A stretch of DNA of 64,000 nt from an uncultured virus (IMG/VR IMGVR_UViG_3300028886_001624) (Duplodnaviria; Heunggongvirae; Uroviricota; Caudoviricetes): IMG/VR virus record IMGVR_UViG_3300028886_001624, positions 1 through 64,000 of that record, one strand, 5' to 3'. The translations under genes were made by a program, and so were the position numbers. Positions within the stretch are counted from its first letter, which is position 1. The number at the start of each line of letters is the position of its first letter. Below the pieces are notes generated by a model. It saw only the letters and a list, made by a program, of their open reading frames with translations. It did no database searches and had not been told where the DNA came from. Below, in pieces: positions 30,108-41,129 of this stretch.

Positions 30108-32366
30108 ATGGCATATAAATATAAAGTTGCATATTGTGGCGGACTAATGGGCAGCAATGGCTATATTCAACCCAATAAAATGAACATTCCAAATATCACT
30201 AGCGGAGACTCCGCTACCACAACTACGGAATGGGATGACTTCAATCTATATGGTAAAAATGAAACAGATGCTGATGCATTTGTTTTTGAAATAGATGATA
30301 GTGATACAAGTGCCAACTATCGTCCGAAATTACATGTATTTAAGTCAAAGTGTTCCCCAACAATGAAATGTTACTATAGTTACCAAAATAATGGTGGAAG
30401 ACTTATCTCTGACAAAACACATGTTTGGGCAAAGAAAGTTCAATACGGGAATGATAAGGAAATTTTCGTAATGACCCAATATGATGATTGGAATGACCCA
30501 AATAACAAATATCGTCTAGCAGATAACTATTATAGTAACGATTCTCCATATAGCGGATTTGCAAGCCCGGTATCTATAGAATATCTGTTCACCAATAATG
30601 GTACAACCGAACCGCAAAGTCTTGATATACCGGATTCAACAAACGTTGGTATGTTTAGCGGATGTACCGGTATAACAAAATGTGAATTGCCTTGTCAAAT
30701 GAGGAACATATCCACGGCCACATTCAGCGGGTGTACCTCCCTTATGAGTTATAGCGAAACACCGGATTTTGTTGATACCATCAATGCTAGTGCATTTACA
30801 AACTGCTCATCCATGACAAATATAGTTATTGGTAAATATGCTAGTTTGAGTGGTATGAGTATTTTTACGAATTGCAGCAACGCAACATCAATAGAATGGA
30901 GCGGCTTGAATTCCGGAGACACTAAAGAACGAATGACCGAAATTCCGGCAAATTGCTTTAATGGATGCAGTAATTTATCTACAACAAAATTCAAAAATGG
31001 AGATGTTAACGAAATCTTTATCCCTAATGGAATAACAACCATTGGAGGCAGTGCCTTTACGGATTGCACAGAAATTAAGGATTTAGATTTAAATGGTGTG
31101 ACAACCATTGGTGCTAACGCTTTCCTAAATTGCACTAAATTAAGTGGCATTACTAATTTATCTAATGCTGTAACTATTGGTGGTTATGCCTTCACAGATT
31201 ATGGTTGGAACCCTAAGAGCATTAATATTGGGAGTTATAATCTTGTTGATGTTCAGAATATTGGGGAATATGCTTTCAAATTAATAAATATAATAAATGG
31301 TTCGCAAGGTGTTTTTATAAATGCTACATGCGAGGTTGGTAATTATGCGTTTCTTGGTTCCAATATAAACGGTGATGTTGACGTTAAGGGTATTATTAAT
31401 GAAGGCACATTTTCACAATCAAACATCAATGGTGATGTTAATGTTCATCATAACCTTAATGTAAATAGTGCCTTTTATTCCTCAACTATAGACGGCAATG
31501 TTAGTGTTAGTGGTGACGTGAATAATAACAGCAATTATGACTACGCCTTCAATAGGGCATCAATAAGCGGAAATGTTACTATTAGTGGTAATGTTGGTTA
31601 TCATGCTTTTGAAGATGCTAAAATAGGTGGTAATATTAATGTTTATAGCAGAGCCTCTTCTTCTGCTTTCACGAGTGCTTCAACAAGTGGTAGCGTTACA
31701 ATTGGTGATGATGTTGCAGATTCTGCCTTTGAGAGTTCACGAATAAGTGGGGATGTTATTGTTAATGGTAGTGTTGGCAGTTATGGTTTTACATTGGCAC
31801 AAATTAGTGGCAGTGTTACTATTAATGGCGATGTTAGTAACTATGCCTTTTCGTCAGCAAACACAACTACCGGAAGTGTGGTATTTTCCGGTAATACTAT
31901 TGGTTGGGGTGCCTTTACTTATTGTGACATCAATGGTTTAAACAACACCTCAGATTCCACAACAATGGATTTATCAAATATCTCTAATTACGGAATCGGT
32001 CAAGATGCATTTCATACCGCAAATATTGGGCAGATTGATAAAATCATTTTTGGAAAAGATAACAGCGAACTTACAATACCAATTGGTTCTAGGGCATTTT
32101 ATAATTTTAATCGCAATATCACAAGTTTAACGTTAGAAATTAATGGCAAAACCAAATTACAAGTAGAAGACGACACATTTTCCGGCACTTCAAAAACAAT
32201 AACTGTTAAGTTTAATCAATACACGGATGGTCAACCAATAGAGGATTGGATGAGATATTATTTTGGAGTTGGAGATAATAGTAAATGGTGTAATGTTAGG
32301 GCTTTTAATGTAGTTACGTTCGTTGATAAGAATGGTACTCAAATACAAAATGTACCATCATGTTAG
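30108..32366 (+). CDS. BspA-type LRR protein with degenerate repeats
   Basis: IPNGITTIGGSAFTDC repeats, then AFxxxxIxGxVxI repeats. Confidence 0.8.
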   Translation: MAYKYKVAYCGGLMGSNGYIQPNKMNIPNITSGDSATTTTEWDDFNLYGKNETDADAFVFEIDDSDTSANYRPKLHVFKSKCSPTMKCYYSYQNNGGRLISDKTHVWAKKVQYGNDKEIFVMTQYDDWNDPNNKYRLADNYYSNDSPYSGFASPVSIEYLFTNNGTTEPQSLDIPDSTNVGMFSGCTGITKCELPCQMRNISTATFSGCTSLMSYSETPDFVDTINASAFTNCSSMTNIVIGKYASLSGMSIFTNCSNATSIEWSGLNSGDTKERMTEIPANCFNGCSNLSTTKFKNGDVNEIFIPNGITTIGGSAFTDCTEIKDLDLNGVTTIGANAFLNCTKLSGITNLSNAVTIGGYAFTDYGWNPKSINIGSYNLVDVQNIGEYAFKLINIINGSQGVFINATCEVGNYAFLGSNINGDVDVKGIINEGTFSQSNINGDVNVHHNLNVNSAFYSSTIDGNVSVSGDVNNNSNYDYAFNRASISGNVTISGNVGYHAFEDAKIGGNINVYSRASSSAFTSASTSGSVTIGDDVADSAFESSRISGDVIVNGSVGSYGFTLAQISGSVTINGDVSNYAFSSANTTTGSVVFSGNTIGWGAFTYCDINGLNNTSDSTTMDLSNISNYGIGQDAFHTANIGQIDKIIFGKDNSELTIPIGSRAFYNFNRNITSLTLEINGKTKLQVEDDTFSGTSKTITVKFNQYTDGQPIEDWMRYYFGVGDNSKWCNVRAFNVVTFVDKNGTQIQNVPSC

Positions 32367-32404
32367 TTTTATAATAAGTTATTAAATATTTGTAATATAA
32401 TAGT

Positions 32405-34033
32405 ATGGCAGGATGGAATTTAAATAACGGCAATGCAGATGTTCACCAAAACAGTGGTGCATTAACATATCTGTTAGGGAGGGGTGGTTATGTCGGTTAT
32501 CTCTGTAGTGGTGCGCCAACCTCAGAATGCGGTAATCCGTCACAACAAACCGTTACTCTTGAATTGGGTGAAGATAGTAGTAATTTTCACCCGTTTCATA
32601 CAATGTGTGGTGAGATAACCCAAACATTCGTCTGTGAACCTTGCAATAGGGACGCTCTAACGATGTGGTTTAATGACGGTACTAGTAATGGTAACCAAAG
32701 ATATGATAATATATTATATTATAATAATTGGAACGATGCCAAAACATACATTGATTCAAAAAATGTCGATGAATGTAGAATAATTGTCTTGGATAATTCT
32801 GACACGCATGATGGAATACATGTTGGCGGTCAGAGATTTGATACTAGTGCATATACTGACAGTACCTATCCGTTTATTGCCAAATTAAACGATAAGGGCG
32901 AGCCAATTAGCAGCGGTACCGTATCCGGTAAAACGGTATATTACCCGGAAAATAAATACAAGTCACAGAAATATAATGGACACAAGATAAAATATCACGT
33001 TAAAGGAAACACCATACCGAATAATTTCTTCAGTGGAAACAGCACCAATCAGTTCAATAAGGATTTGGTTGAAGTTTATTTCCAAGGAAGCATTAAGGAG
33101 ATTGAAGACGGTGATATCAATAATGGTGCCTTCAGTAAATGTTATGGTCTAAGTGCATTAACCCTAAACAATGTTGAGAAGATTGGCACTAGCGCATTTA
33201 ACGGATGTACTGCCTTAACATATGTCGATTTCGGTCATTGGTGCAGCAGTGGAAGGACTAGCACCAACTTAAGAGAAATCGGTGCATACGCATTTAAGAA
33301 TTGTCAAAGTCTAAAGGGTATCACAATATTACCCGGATTAAAGACAATTGACATTGCCGCCTTTGATTCATGTGATGGTTTGAAAGATGTGGTGCTGCCG
33401 AATACCGTTAGGAAATTAGGCAATAGTGCTTTCCGTGGTTGTACAAGTTTATCAAGTATAACAATTTCTAGTGGTATAACTGAAGTTGGCAACACTGTTT
33501 TTGAAGATACCCCGTGGTATCAAGGGATTAGCGGAAGTTCAATCAGCGGACATATCGTATATGTTGAGGATATTGCTTATATTTGTGAAAATGAATCAAT
33601 AACTTCAGCCACGTTTGCAAATAATACGAAATGTATAGCCGGTACTGCTTTTATGGGCTGTAGCAATTTGACAAATATTGTTATCCCCAATAGCGTTGTG
33701 AGCGTTGGTAATAGTGCTTTTAGAGACTGTACCGGAATTACAAGTTGCACTATCGGAAACAGTGTTAAGACTATTGGAAATTATAGTTTTGGTGATTGTT
33801 CTAGTTTAACATCCATAACAATACCAAGCAGTGTTGAAACAATTGGTAGTGGTGCTTTTAGTAGTTGTTCCAACCTAACAAGAATAACCTCACTTTCCAT
33901 GACCGCACCGACAATAGAAAATAATACTTTCGCCAACGTAGGGTCTAATGGTACCCTTTACGTTCCAAGTGGCAGTAGTGGCTATGATGTTTGGATTGCC
34001 CAATTAAATAATTGGACAATTATTGAACAGTAA
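32405..34033 (+). CDS. BspA-type LRR protein
   Basis: LRR_5 repeats; APTI..GTLYVP..GYDVW C-terminal cap. Confidence 0.85.
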   Translation: MAGWNLNNGNADVHQNSGALTYLLGRGGYVGYLCSGAPTSECGNPSQQTVTLELGEDSSNFHPFHTMCGEITQTFVCEPCNRDALTMWFNDGTSNGNQRYDNILYYNNWNDAKTYIDSKNVDECRIIVLDNSDTHDGIHVGGQRFDTSAYTDSTYPFIAKLNDKGEPISSGTVSGKTVYYPENKYKSQKYNGHKIKYHVKGNTIPNNFFSGNSTNQFNKDLVEVYFQGSIKEIEDGDINNGAFSKCYGLSALTLNNVEKIGTSAFNGCTALTYVDFGHWCSSGRTSTNLREIGAYAFKNCQSLKGITILPGLKTIDIAAFDSCDGLKDVVLPNTVRKLGNSAFRGCTSLSSITISSGITEVGNTVFEDTPWYQGISGSSISGHIVYVEDIAYICENESITSATFANNTKCIAGTAFMGCSNLTNIVIPNSVVSVGNSAFRDCTGITSCTIGNSVKTIGNYSFGDCSSLTSITIPSSVETIGSGAFSSCSNLTRITSLSMTAPTIENNTFANVGSNGTLYVPSGSSGYDVWIAQLNNWTIIEQ

Positions 34034-34148
34034 TTAAAATTGGTATTATCCAATTTATACAATGCAGTCAGCGATGGCTGCATTTTTCTTTTTATAAAAC
34101 TTGTTTTTTTAACTTTTTTTATATATCTTTGCAAAAAAGCATAAATAT

Positions 34149-35036
34149 ATGTTAAATATTGATGATATAAGAAAAAGAATCAAAAATAACCCGGAGCCAC
34201 AAGAGGTCAAGGAAATAAGAGAAAATATTATCTCTAGTTTCTCTGACTTGGAGTTCATAGAAGACGGGCATAAGTACTATCTCCATAAGAATGGCAAGAC
34301 AAAGGAAATGGAAAGCGTTTCCTCTGTATGTCATATGTTTGAACCGTATGTCGATTGGGAGGAGATATTGGAGAGAAAGAGCCTTAAATTGGGTATTGAC
34401 AAAGAAGTCCTTAGGAGAGAATGGCACGAAAACAATATCTGTTCCACGTCCAACGGAAGCCTAACACATTTATTCGCGGAAGCATATATGTATTTCTTTA
34501 TGGGGGACGTTGAGTCAATGCCAAGCATAATAAAGGATATGCAATACGAGGACGGGTTCCTCATACCATATGGCGAGAAACAGAAGGCCATAGCCAAATA
34601 TTACGAGGACTTATATTCAATAGATAGTTTTTGGCCGGTTATGCCGGAAGCAAAGATATATATTGATTCAGACGATAATCCTTACGGGATTAAGAAAAAC
34701 ATAAGCGGAACGTTCGATGCCTTGTTTGCGTTTAGGAACAAGAAGGGTGAACTTAGTCTTTCCGTTAGGGATTGGAAGACCAACAAATCATTATACAATG
34801 ACTATAATTCCAACTTCGGCAATACCCTTTTGCCCCCATTTGACAATAATGACTTTATCAATCAGCCGTTATCCATATATACCATTCAGTTAAGCCTATA
34901 CCAACTTGGGGTAGAGCAGTTGGGGTATTCTGTCAGTGACCGAAAACTTCTTTGGCTCACGGATGATGCCGAATATCATAAGATAAACGTCCAAGATGTT
35001 AGGGATAAATTAATAAGCACATTAAATCAGCAATAG
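34149..35036 (+). CDS. PD-(D/E)XK family nuclease
   Basis: GSLTH, E..ISGTFD..DWKT, YxIQLSLY. Confidence 0.75.
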   Translation: MLNIDDIRKRIKNNPEPQEVKEIRENIISSFSDLEFIEDGHKYYLHKNGKTKEMESVSSVCHMFEPYVDWEEILERKSLKLGIDKEVLRREWHENNICSTSNGSLTHLFAEAYMYFFMGDVESMPSIIKDMQYEDGFLIPYGEKQKAIAKYYEDLYSIDSFWPVMPEAKIYIDSDDNPYGIKKNISGTFDALFAFRNKKGELSLSVRDWKTNKSLYNDYNSNFGNTLLPPFDNNDFINQPLSIYTIQLSLYQLGVEQLGYSVSDRKLLWLTDDAEYHKINVQDVRDKLISTLNQQ

Positions 35037-35040
35037 AATA

Positions 35041-35601
35041 ATGAGAATATTAAAGACAATACTTGACGGTGTCCTCATAATAGAGCCGACGTTACATTAT
35101 GACGATAGGGGCTATTTCATGGAAAGTTTCAACAACAAGGAGTTTAACGAAGAAATCGGACAAGAAATAACCTTCGTACAAGACAATGAATCAAAATCTT
35201 CAAAGAACGTCCTAAGAGGCTTGCATTTCCAATCTCCGCCGTATGCACAGTCAAAGTTGGTAAGGTGCGTCAACGGGGCCGTATTGGACATCGCGCTTGA
35301 TATCAGAAATGGAAGCCCGACATACGGAAAGGCCACCTCTATCATACTAACACAAGACAACCATACACAGTTTTTCATCCCAAAGGGATTCGCACACGGT
35401 TTCATGGCATTAACTGACGGTGCGATATTCCAATACAAATGTGATGAATACTATCATAAGGAATCAGAGGGAGGCATTAATATATTGGATGACTCCATAG
35501 ATATTGGATTTGATTTTGGGAACGATTTCATATTAAGCGAAAAGGATAAGTTACATCCTTTGTTAAAAGATTTCAATTCTCCGTTCACTTATAACCAATA
35601 A
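35041..35601 (+). CDS. rmlC: dTDP-4-dehydrorhamnose 3,5-epimerase
   Basis: DDRGYFMESF, VQDNES, VLRGLHFQ, IPKGFAHGF, YKC, LSEKD. Confidence 0.95.
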   Translation: MRILKTILDGVLIIEPTLHYDDRGYFMESFNNKEFNEEIGQEITFVQDNESKSSKNVLRGLHFQSPPYAQSKLVRCVNGAVLDIALDIRNGSPTYGKATSIILTQDNHTQFFIPKGFAHGFMALTDGAIFQYKCDEYYHKESEGGINILDDSIDIGFDFGNDFILSEKDKLHPLLKDFNSPFTYNQ

Positions 35602-35603
35602 CA

Positions 35604-36200
35604 ATGATGAAAGAAATTACCATAGAGGTCTTGTCGCACAAACTGTTCGAGGAACGTTGTCTTGCAGATGGTTTGAATGATAATAATGTTGATGCTTGTG
35701 ATACCGCATTCATAGACATTATAGGAACAGACGAATGTCTGAAATACTACCTCAATGAAGGAGACACAAAGCATTATTTCTCACAAGGACATGATAACGT
35801 GATGAATTTGGAGTTTGATGACTTGACAACGAATGTATTATATGACGGGCACATATTTAAGGCCATGACAATATTTCAAGCGGAAGTGTTGCTTGACTTT
35901 ATTGAGCGCAATATGAACAACTGCAATATCACAAAGTTTAGGATATGTTGCAGGGCAGGAATTTCAAGAAGTCGTGCGGTCGGTGAATTCATCTACAGAT
36001 ACTGTGTTGATAACGGAATATTGGTAAACTATAATGAAAGGGAACAATATGTCACATTATACAATGTATATATACTGTCACTTTTAAACAATGTCTATTG
36101 GAAGAAATACAGCATAAACGGATATTCTGTTGGAATGGACTATCCGGAATATATCAGAAACATTCCATTGGTTAAAGTTGAAAAGGAAGAAGAAAAATAA
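35604..36200 (+). CDS. Protein-tyrosine/dual-specificity phosphatase-like protein
   Basis: LEFDD and CX5R loop CRAGISRS. Confidence 0.7.
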   Translation: MMKEITIEVLSHKLFEERCLADGLNDNNVDACDTAFIDIIGTDECLKYYLNEGDTKHYFSQGHDNVMNLEFDDLTTNVLYDGHIFKAMTIFQAEVLLDFIERNMNNCNITKFRICCRAGISRSRAVGEFIYRYCVDNGILVNYNEREQYVTLYNVYILSLLNNVYWKKYSINGYSVGMDYPEYIRNIPLVKVEKEEEK

Positions 36201-36217
36201 CTAAAATTAAATTAACT

Positions 36218-36727
36218 ATGAAGAGGTATGACGGGATAATAGACGAGGTTCTGTATTACAGTGAGAAAAGTGAAGACGGAAGGTGGATAATCCCAATTGA
36301 GGTTGATTGGGACTATACCTTGACGAAATGTTCATCATGGGAAACCGGGGAAATGGTTTTAAACCATGAAGCGTTCGATATAATGAAAGAATGGACCGAT
36401 AAATACAATGTAGGTTGGATTCTGAATTCCATGAGAACGAACCATTTGCTCAAGGAACCGTTGGAAATACTCCATAAGGAAGGTGTCAGATTATATGGGG
36501 TGCGCAAGAACCCGATGCAATACACTGACGGCTCTAGTGACGAGGTCAACAAGGTATTTGCCGTTATGTGCATTGATGACAGAAATGTATGTACGCCGCA
36601 TGAATGGTATGAAGACTGTACGAGACCGCATGTCAATTGGAAGGCTGTAAATGAAAGGATGTCCCCGGTATTGGCATATATGTCGGAACAGTTGACACAA
36701 AGGGAGGCAAATAAGACACATAACTAA
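36218..36727 (+). CDS. HAD-superfamily hydrolase-like protein
   Basis: DWDYTL, LNSMR, K..CIDDRN. Confidence 0.65.
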   Translation: MKRYDGIIDEVLYYSEKSEDGRWIIPIEVDWDYTLTKCSSWETGEMVLNHEAFDIMKEWTDKYNVGWILNSMRTNHLLKEPLEILHKEGVRLYGVRKNPMQYTDGSSDEVNKVFAVMCIDDRNVCTPHEWYEDCTRPHVNWKAVNERMSPVLAYMSEQLTQREANKTHN

Positions 36728-36742
36728 TAAAAAAAAAACAAT

Positions 36743-36943
36743 ATGGATAAAAAATATGTTTTGATTAAGCCGTATGACTGCAAATACGGAAAATTGGCAG
36801 AGGGAACCGAGATTATTTTCTTCAGAGGTGCGTTCTATGTTAACGGCGGACTAGTTCCCACGTCATTCAACGACATACTTGCAGACTTGATTGAAGACAA
36901 GGACTACGTAAAAGTTGTTAAGATTGTGAAAAATGAATTTTGA
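36743..36943 (+). CDS. Hypothetical protein
   Basis: ORF in operon. Confidence 0.6.
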   Translation: MDKKYVLIKPYDCKYGKLAEGTEIIFFRGAFYVNGGLVPTSFNDILADLIEDKDYVKVVKIVKNEF

Positions 36944-36963
36944 GAAAAAAAATACATAATGTT

Positions 36964-37362
36964 ATGAAAGATAAAGTTTTTAGCGCTTGGGCAAAGGCCA
37001 CCGATAGTAGCGGACAAGCCCATTATGTCACGGTTGTTGGCATATTTTCGAAGAGGAGAGAGGGAAACGTTGTTGAGGAGAATGTTTATTTGGATGATTT
37101 CAACACAAATGGAACACTCAAATACAATTTTAAGAAGTTAAGACGCAGACTTACTGTCGGAATGTCAATATGTCATCCGGAAGACAGATTTGATGAGCAA
37201 GTCGGCATAGACGTGGCAGTCAAGAGGATTGCAAAAGGCGAATTCATTGGTCAACTTGAAACCTCCCATGCAACAATGCTGACAAAGGATGCCATTATGG
37301 CAGAAATTTTGGTTAAACTTAACCATATCTGTCAGAACATTGACAAATATCTGCCAAATTGA
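36964..37362 (+). CDS. Hypothetical phage protein
   Basis: SICHPEDRFDEQVG motif typical of small phage proteins. Confidence 0.65.
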   Translation: MKDKVFSAWAKATDSSGQAHYVTVVGIFSKRREGNVVEENVYLDDFNTNGTLKYNFKKLRRRLTVGMSICHPEDRFDEQVGIDVAVKRIAKGEFIGQLETSHATMLTKDAIMAEILVKLNHICQNIDKYLPN

Positions 37363-37536
37363 CACTCATGTTGTGTAATTTTTTGATTTTACTGTGAAAA
37401 TTGGGTTAATTTTTCATTAATCCAATTTTTTTGTGTGAATTTTATGGTTTGGCACGGATTTTGTTATATCAAAGATAAAATACAAATAATAAAAAAAAAA
37501 GAAAATAACATATTATTAACGTTTAAAAATTTGATT

Positions 37537-39423
37537 ATGAGTAAAGTAATTGGAATCGACTTAGGCAGCACACTTTCGGAATGTGCGGTCATTGAAGGCG
37601 GAAAGGCAACGGTTGTTGCAAACGAGGACGGAAGTTACACCACTCCTTCCGTCGTATCAATCATGGACGGTGAAAGAAAGGTTGGCTCTTCTGCAAAGAG
37701 ACAGCAGATTGTTAACCCCAAGAACACGGTCTACCTCATCAAGAGGTTCATGGGAAGCACCTATGATGAGTCTAGCGAGGCAATCAAGCATGTACAATAT
37801 GACGTAGTCAATGATGGGGGACACCCAAGGGTAAGTGTTGACGGAAGAAAATTCTCCCCGGAAGAAATATCTTCATACATCTTGGGCAAGATGAAGAAAA
37901 TAGCAGAAGACTATGTGGGAGAGGAGGTAAAGGATGCCGTCATAACGGTTCCGGCTTTCTTCAACGACCAAGCGCGTCAAGCCACAAAGACGGCAGGAGA
38001 ACTTGCCGGTCTCAACGTGTTGAGAATCATCGCAGAGCCTACCGCTGCAATCCTTTCGTCAAACATTGACATGCAGAAGGGCGGAAAATACATGGTAGTG
38101 GACTTTGGCGGTTCTACGCTAGACAATTCCGTTGCCGATATTTCAGACGGTGTCGTTGAGATTCTGTCAACAAACGGTGACGTATATCTTGGCGGTAGCG
38201 ACATAGACAAACTCGTTGCCGATTACGTAGTCGGGGAATTCAAGAAAGAAAACGGCGTTGACATCACGTCGGATGCTCAAGCAATGACTAGGATTCTAGA
38301 TGCCGTTGAAAAGGCCAAGATTGAACTTACCAACTCAACCTCAACAGACCTTAATATTCCTTATATCACAATTAAGGACAATACACCCCTACACTTGAAC
38401 ATGACCATTTCAAGGGCAAAGTTCGAGCAACTTATCCATCCTATCATTGACAAACTCATAGGGTGTGCCAAGAAAGCGGTTGAGGCTGCAAACATCGAAT
38501 ACAAGGAACTCGACGGCATCCTCCTCATCGGTGGTAGTTGCAGAATTCCTGCCGTGCAAGAAGCATTGAGCAAGGAATTCGGAGTACAACTCCTTAAGAG
38601 TTCAAACATGGACTTGGCGGTAGCGGAAGGTGCTGCAATACAAGCCAACAACATAGTCGGCGGCGAAGGCTCAAACGATATATTGTTAGTCGACGTTTGT
38701 CCAATTGCATTGGGTATTGAAACCATGGGAGGAGTTTTTACAAAACTCATAGAAGCCAATACGACCATACCTTGTACAAAGAAGGAAACCTTCAGCACGG
38801 CATCCGACAATCAGACGGTAGTATCCATACATGTCCTACAAGGAGAACGCCCAATGGCAAAGGATAACAAATCATTGGGTCAATTCAACCTAGAAGGAAT
38901 AATCCCCGCGCCTAGGGGCATTCCTAAAGTGGATGTGTCATTCGACTTAGATGTCAATGGCATTTTGAAGGTGTCTGCAAAGGACCAAGCAACCGGAAAG
39001 GAGCAGTCAATCAGAATCGAGGGTGGCAACAAGTTGTCGGAAGAGGAGATTAACCGCATTAAGGCTGAGGCAGAAAAATATGCAGAGGCCGACAAGAAGG
39101 TAAAGGAAGAGGCTGATGCCGTCAACAAGGGTGACTCGATTGTGTTTGCGCAAGAGAAGATGCTCGAGGAACAGAAGGGCAACCTCATGGATGCCGAAAA
39201 AACGGCTTTGGAGGGCCTTGTGGCGCAGATGAAGGACGCGGTCAAGGAAAGGAACGTCTCCAAGATTAACGACCTTGAGAAGGCCATTAACGACAAATGG
39301 AACGAGGTTTCACAGAGGGTCTACAGCCAACAGCAGACCACGCAGCAGACCACCAATCAAGGCGGAAGCAATGATTCCGGAAGCGAAGACGTTCAAGACG
39401 CAGACTTTGAGGAAGTGAAATAA
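37537..39423 (+). CDS. dnaK: Hsp70 chaperone DnaK
   Basis: MSKVIGIDLG, TTPSVV, AVITVPAFF, EPTAA, LGIETMGG, C-terminal DADFEEVK. Confidence 0.97.
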   Translation: MSKVIGIDLGSTLSECAVIEGGKATVVANEDGSYTTPSVVSIMDGERKVGSSAKRQQIVNPKNTVYLIKRFMGSTYDESSEAIKHVQYDVVNDGGHPRVSVDGRKFSPEEISSYILGKMKKIAEDYVGEEVKDAVITVPAFFNDQARQATKTAGELAGLNVLRIIAEPTAAILSSNIDMQKGGKYMVVDFGGSTLDNSVADISDGVVEILSTNGDVYLGGSDIDKLVADYVVGEFKKENGVDITSDAQAMTRILDAVEKAKIELTNSTSTDLNIPYITIKDNTPLHLNMTISRAKFEQLIHPIIDKLIGCAKKAVEAANIEYKELDGILLIGGSCRIPAVQEALSKEFGVQLLKSSNMDLAVAEGAAIQANNIVGGEGSNDILLVDVCPIALGIETMGGVFTKLIEANTTIPCTKKETFSTASDNQTVVSIHVLQGERPMAKDNKSLGQFNLEGIIPAPRGIPKVDVSFDLDVNGILKVSAKDQATGKEQSIRIEGGNKLSEEEINRIKAEAEKYAEADKKVKEEADAVNKGDSIVFAQEKMLEEQKGNLMDAEKTALEGLVAQMKDAVKERNVSKINDLEKAINDKWNEVSQRVYSQQQTTQQTTNQGGSNDSGSEDVQDADFEEVK

Positions 39424-39537
39424 AAATTCTTTCAAAAAAAAGTTAAGATAAAGTTTGTTTTTCTCAGATATTTTATATATCTTTGCAAAAATAATAAAAA
39501 GAAATAAAAATAATCGTTTTAATAAATAAGAAGAAAG

Positions 39538-39801
39538 ATGGAATTTCAGAACAATCAAGTGGTAAAACTGCGCAACGGAAAGTTTGGTGTTGTGGCAAGT
39601 TTTAATGAGAAACCATTCCAACTCGTGTTTACGGCGTTTACCACTCCTATTAGGAGGTATGACGAGAACTTCAAGAATGCGAATAACGACTACGACGTTG
39701 TTGCCGTGTATGACGGTGCAAAGTTAGCAGTGGTTACTGACGTGTTCAAGAAGAACTTCAACCCAAGTGGTTTGGATTTGGTTTGGGAAAGACAAGACTA
39801 G
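39538..39801 (+). CDS. Hypothetical protein
   Basis: VVKLRNG..LVWER small phage protein after promoter. Confidence 0.7.
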   Translation: MEFQNNQVVKLRNGKFGVVASFNEKPFQLVFTAFTTPIRRYDENFKNANNDYDVVAVYDGAKLAVVTDVFKKNFNPSGLDLVWERQD

Positions 39802-39808
39802 TCCCTTG

Positions 39809-39986
39809 AAGTGGGAAAATCAACTGAATAGGTTGGTGAATAGAAGAGGGAAAGCCGTTTCGTGGCCCACATGGTGAACGGCGGCGCAAGATAAGTAACT
39901 TGCGACGGGGGAGTGCCAAAAAAGTTTACGTACAACACTAAACCTTGGTGACAAGGTGATAGATGCAAATCTCCCCCACTTTTTTA
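39809..39986 (+). ncRNA. Candidate structured RNA or cis-regulatory switch
   Basis: GC-rich intergenic island with several perfect stems and alternative closing helices. Confidence 0.5.
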
Positions 39987-40025
39987 TTAGAATGTATGGT
40001 TTTACATAAAAAACAATAATATATA

Positions 40026-41114
40026 ATGATTGAGTGCGTAAAATATACTCCAAACGAGAATGATTTGGAGCATGTTCAAGAAATAAGGGACTTTCTCAAT
40101 GAGGAAAGTATTCCCTACACTGAAGATGAAGAGGTGTTTGGGTTGTTTTATGTTAATGATAAGACAACCCAACTTCGTTATGTTAACTCACTGTATCACA
40201 AAATGGATAATTCCAAGAGGTTCGGGCCTAGCCATGTCGGTATTCGTCACAGTTATTTCATAGACATATCGCATGAGAACTATAATAATGGTGTGCGGAC
40301 CATTTGGATATTCGACTTTGAAATGGAGCAGCGCAACAAGCCCTACTATTTCGAGGGTAAGTTAATGGAAGGTTTCAGAAGACAATGGGAAGTAATCAAG
40401 AACACGATAAGGACCGCTTGTGGAAGGATACACTACCGGTTCTATGCAAGGGATTGTGAGGTAAAGGAAATATCCAACAGCGAACTGAGGCCATTCTTGG
40501 ACACCAACTGTTTCTATGGCTATCGTTCGGCCAATAAAAACTTGGGACTTTTCCTAAAGAAGGACAAGAACGGATTCAAGAAGGGTACCCTTTTATTCTG
40601 CTATACCTTCGGAATGAATTTCTATGGGAACAAGAAGCACCAAGAGAATCCCAAGGTTGAGGTAATACGCGCTAGCACAAGGCTTGAATGCCAAGTCATA
40701 GGCGGCATAAGCAAATGCATTAAGTATTTCTGTGAGCATTATCCTACACTTAAAATCGGTGCGGAGCAAAGGGAAGTTGAGGTTGATAGAATAGTATTCT
40801 ATGTTGATGCATCGCACAATGATTCTAGGGGCATGACAAATTCGAACAGTTCGTTTAAGTTTGTGTCTTGGGATGGTGTTGGGTTTATGAACATGTTCAC
40901 GGAGGACTTCAATGACGGACAAGGTCTTAAGTGAGAAAAGAATGAGGTGTTCATGAGAAGGCCCATGTTCCATAAGCAAATCATGAAAGCCATTGAGGAA
41001 GGCAAGATAATCTCGATTGCAAATGCCGGAACCATCGTGTTTGAAATGTCACGTAAGGAGTTCATGGAAGGCTTGCAGAAGGGAACCGCAAGTGTTGGTG
41101 ATATACATATATAA
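40026..41114 (+). pseudogene. Endonuclease-related gene interrupted by in-frame TGA at 40932
   Basis: Frame stays open 59 codons after the TGA; homologous to the C-terminal half of the 2648-4027 protein (ARxC.., terminal IANAGTIVFE vs IFDCGSMVYE). Confidence 0.65.
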
Positions 41115-41129
41115 TAATAATGTAATAAT

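Noticed and set aside
34149..35036. Cas4 of a CRISPR system
   Set aside because: PD-(D/E)XK motifs are present but there is no four-Cys Fe-S pattern, array or other cas gene.
39809..39986. Firm call as RNase P RNA, SAM-I or cobalamin riboswitch
   Set aside because: Only fragmentary motif resemblance; key conserved elements of each are missing.
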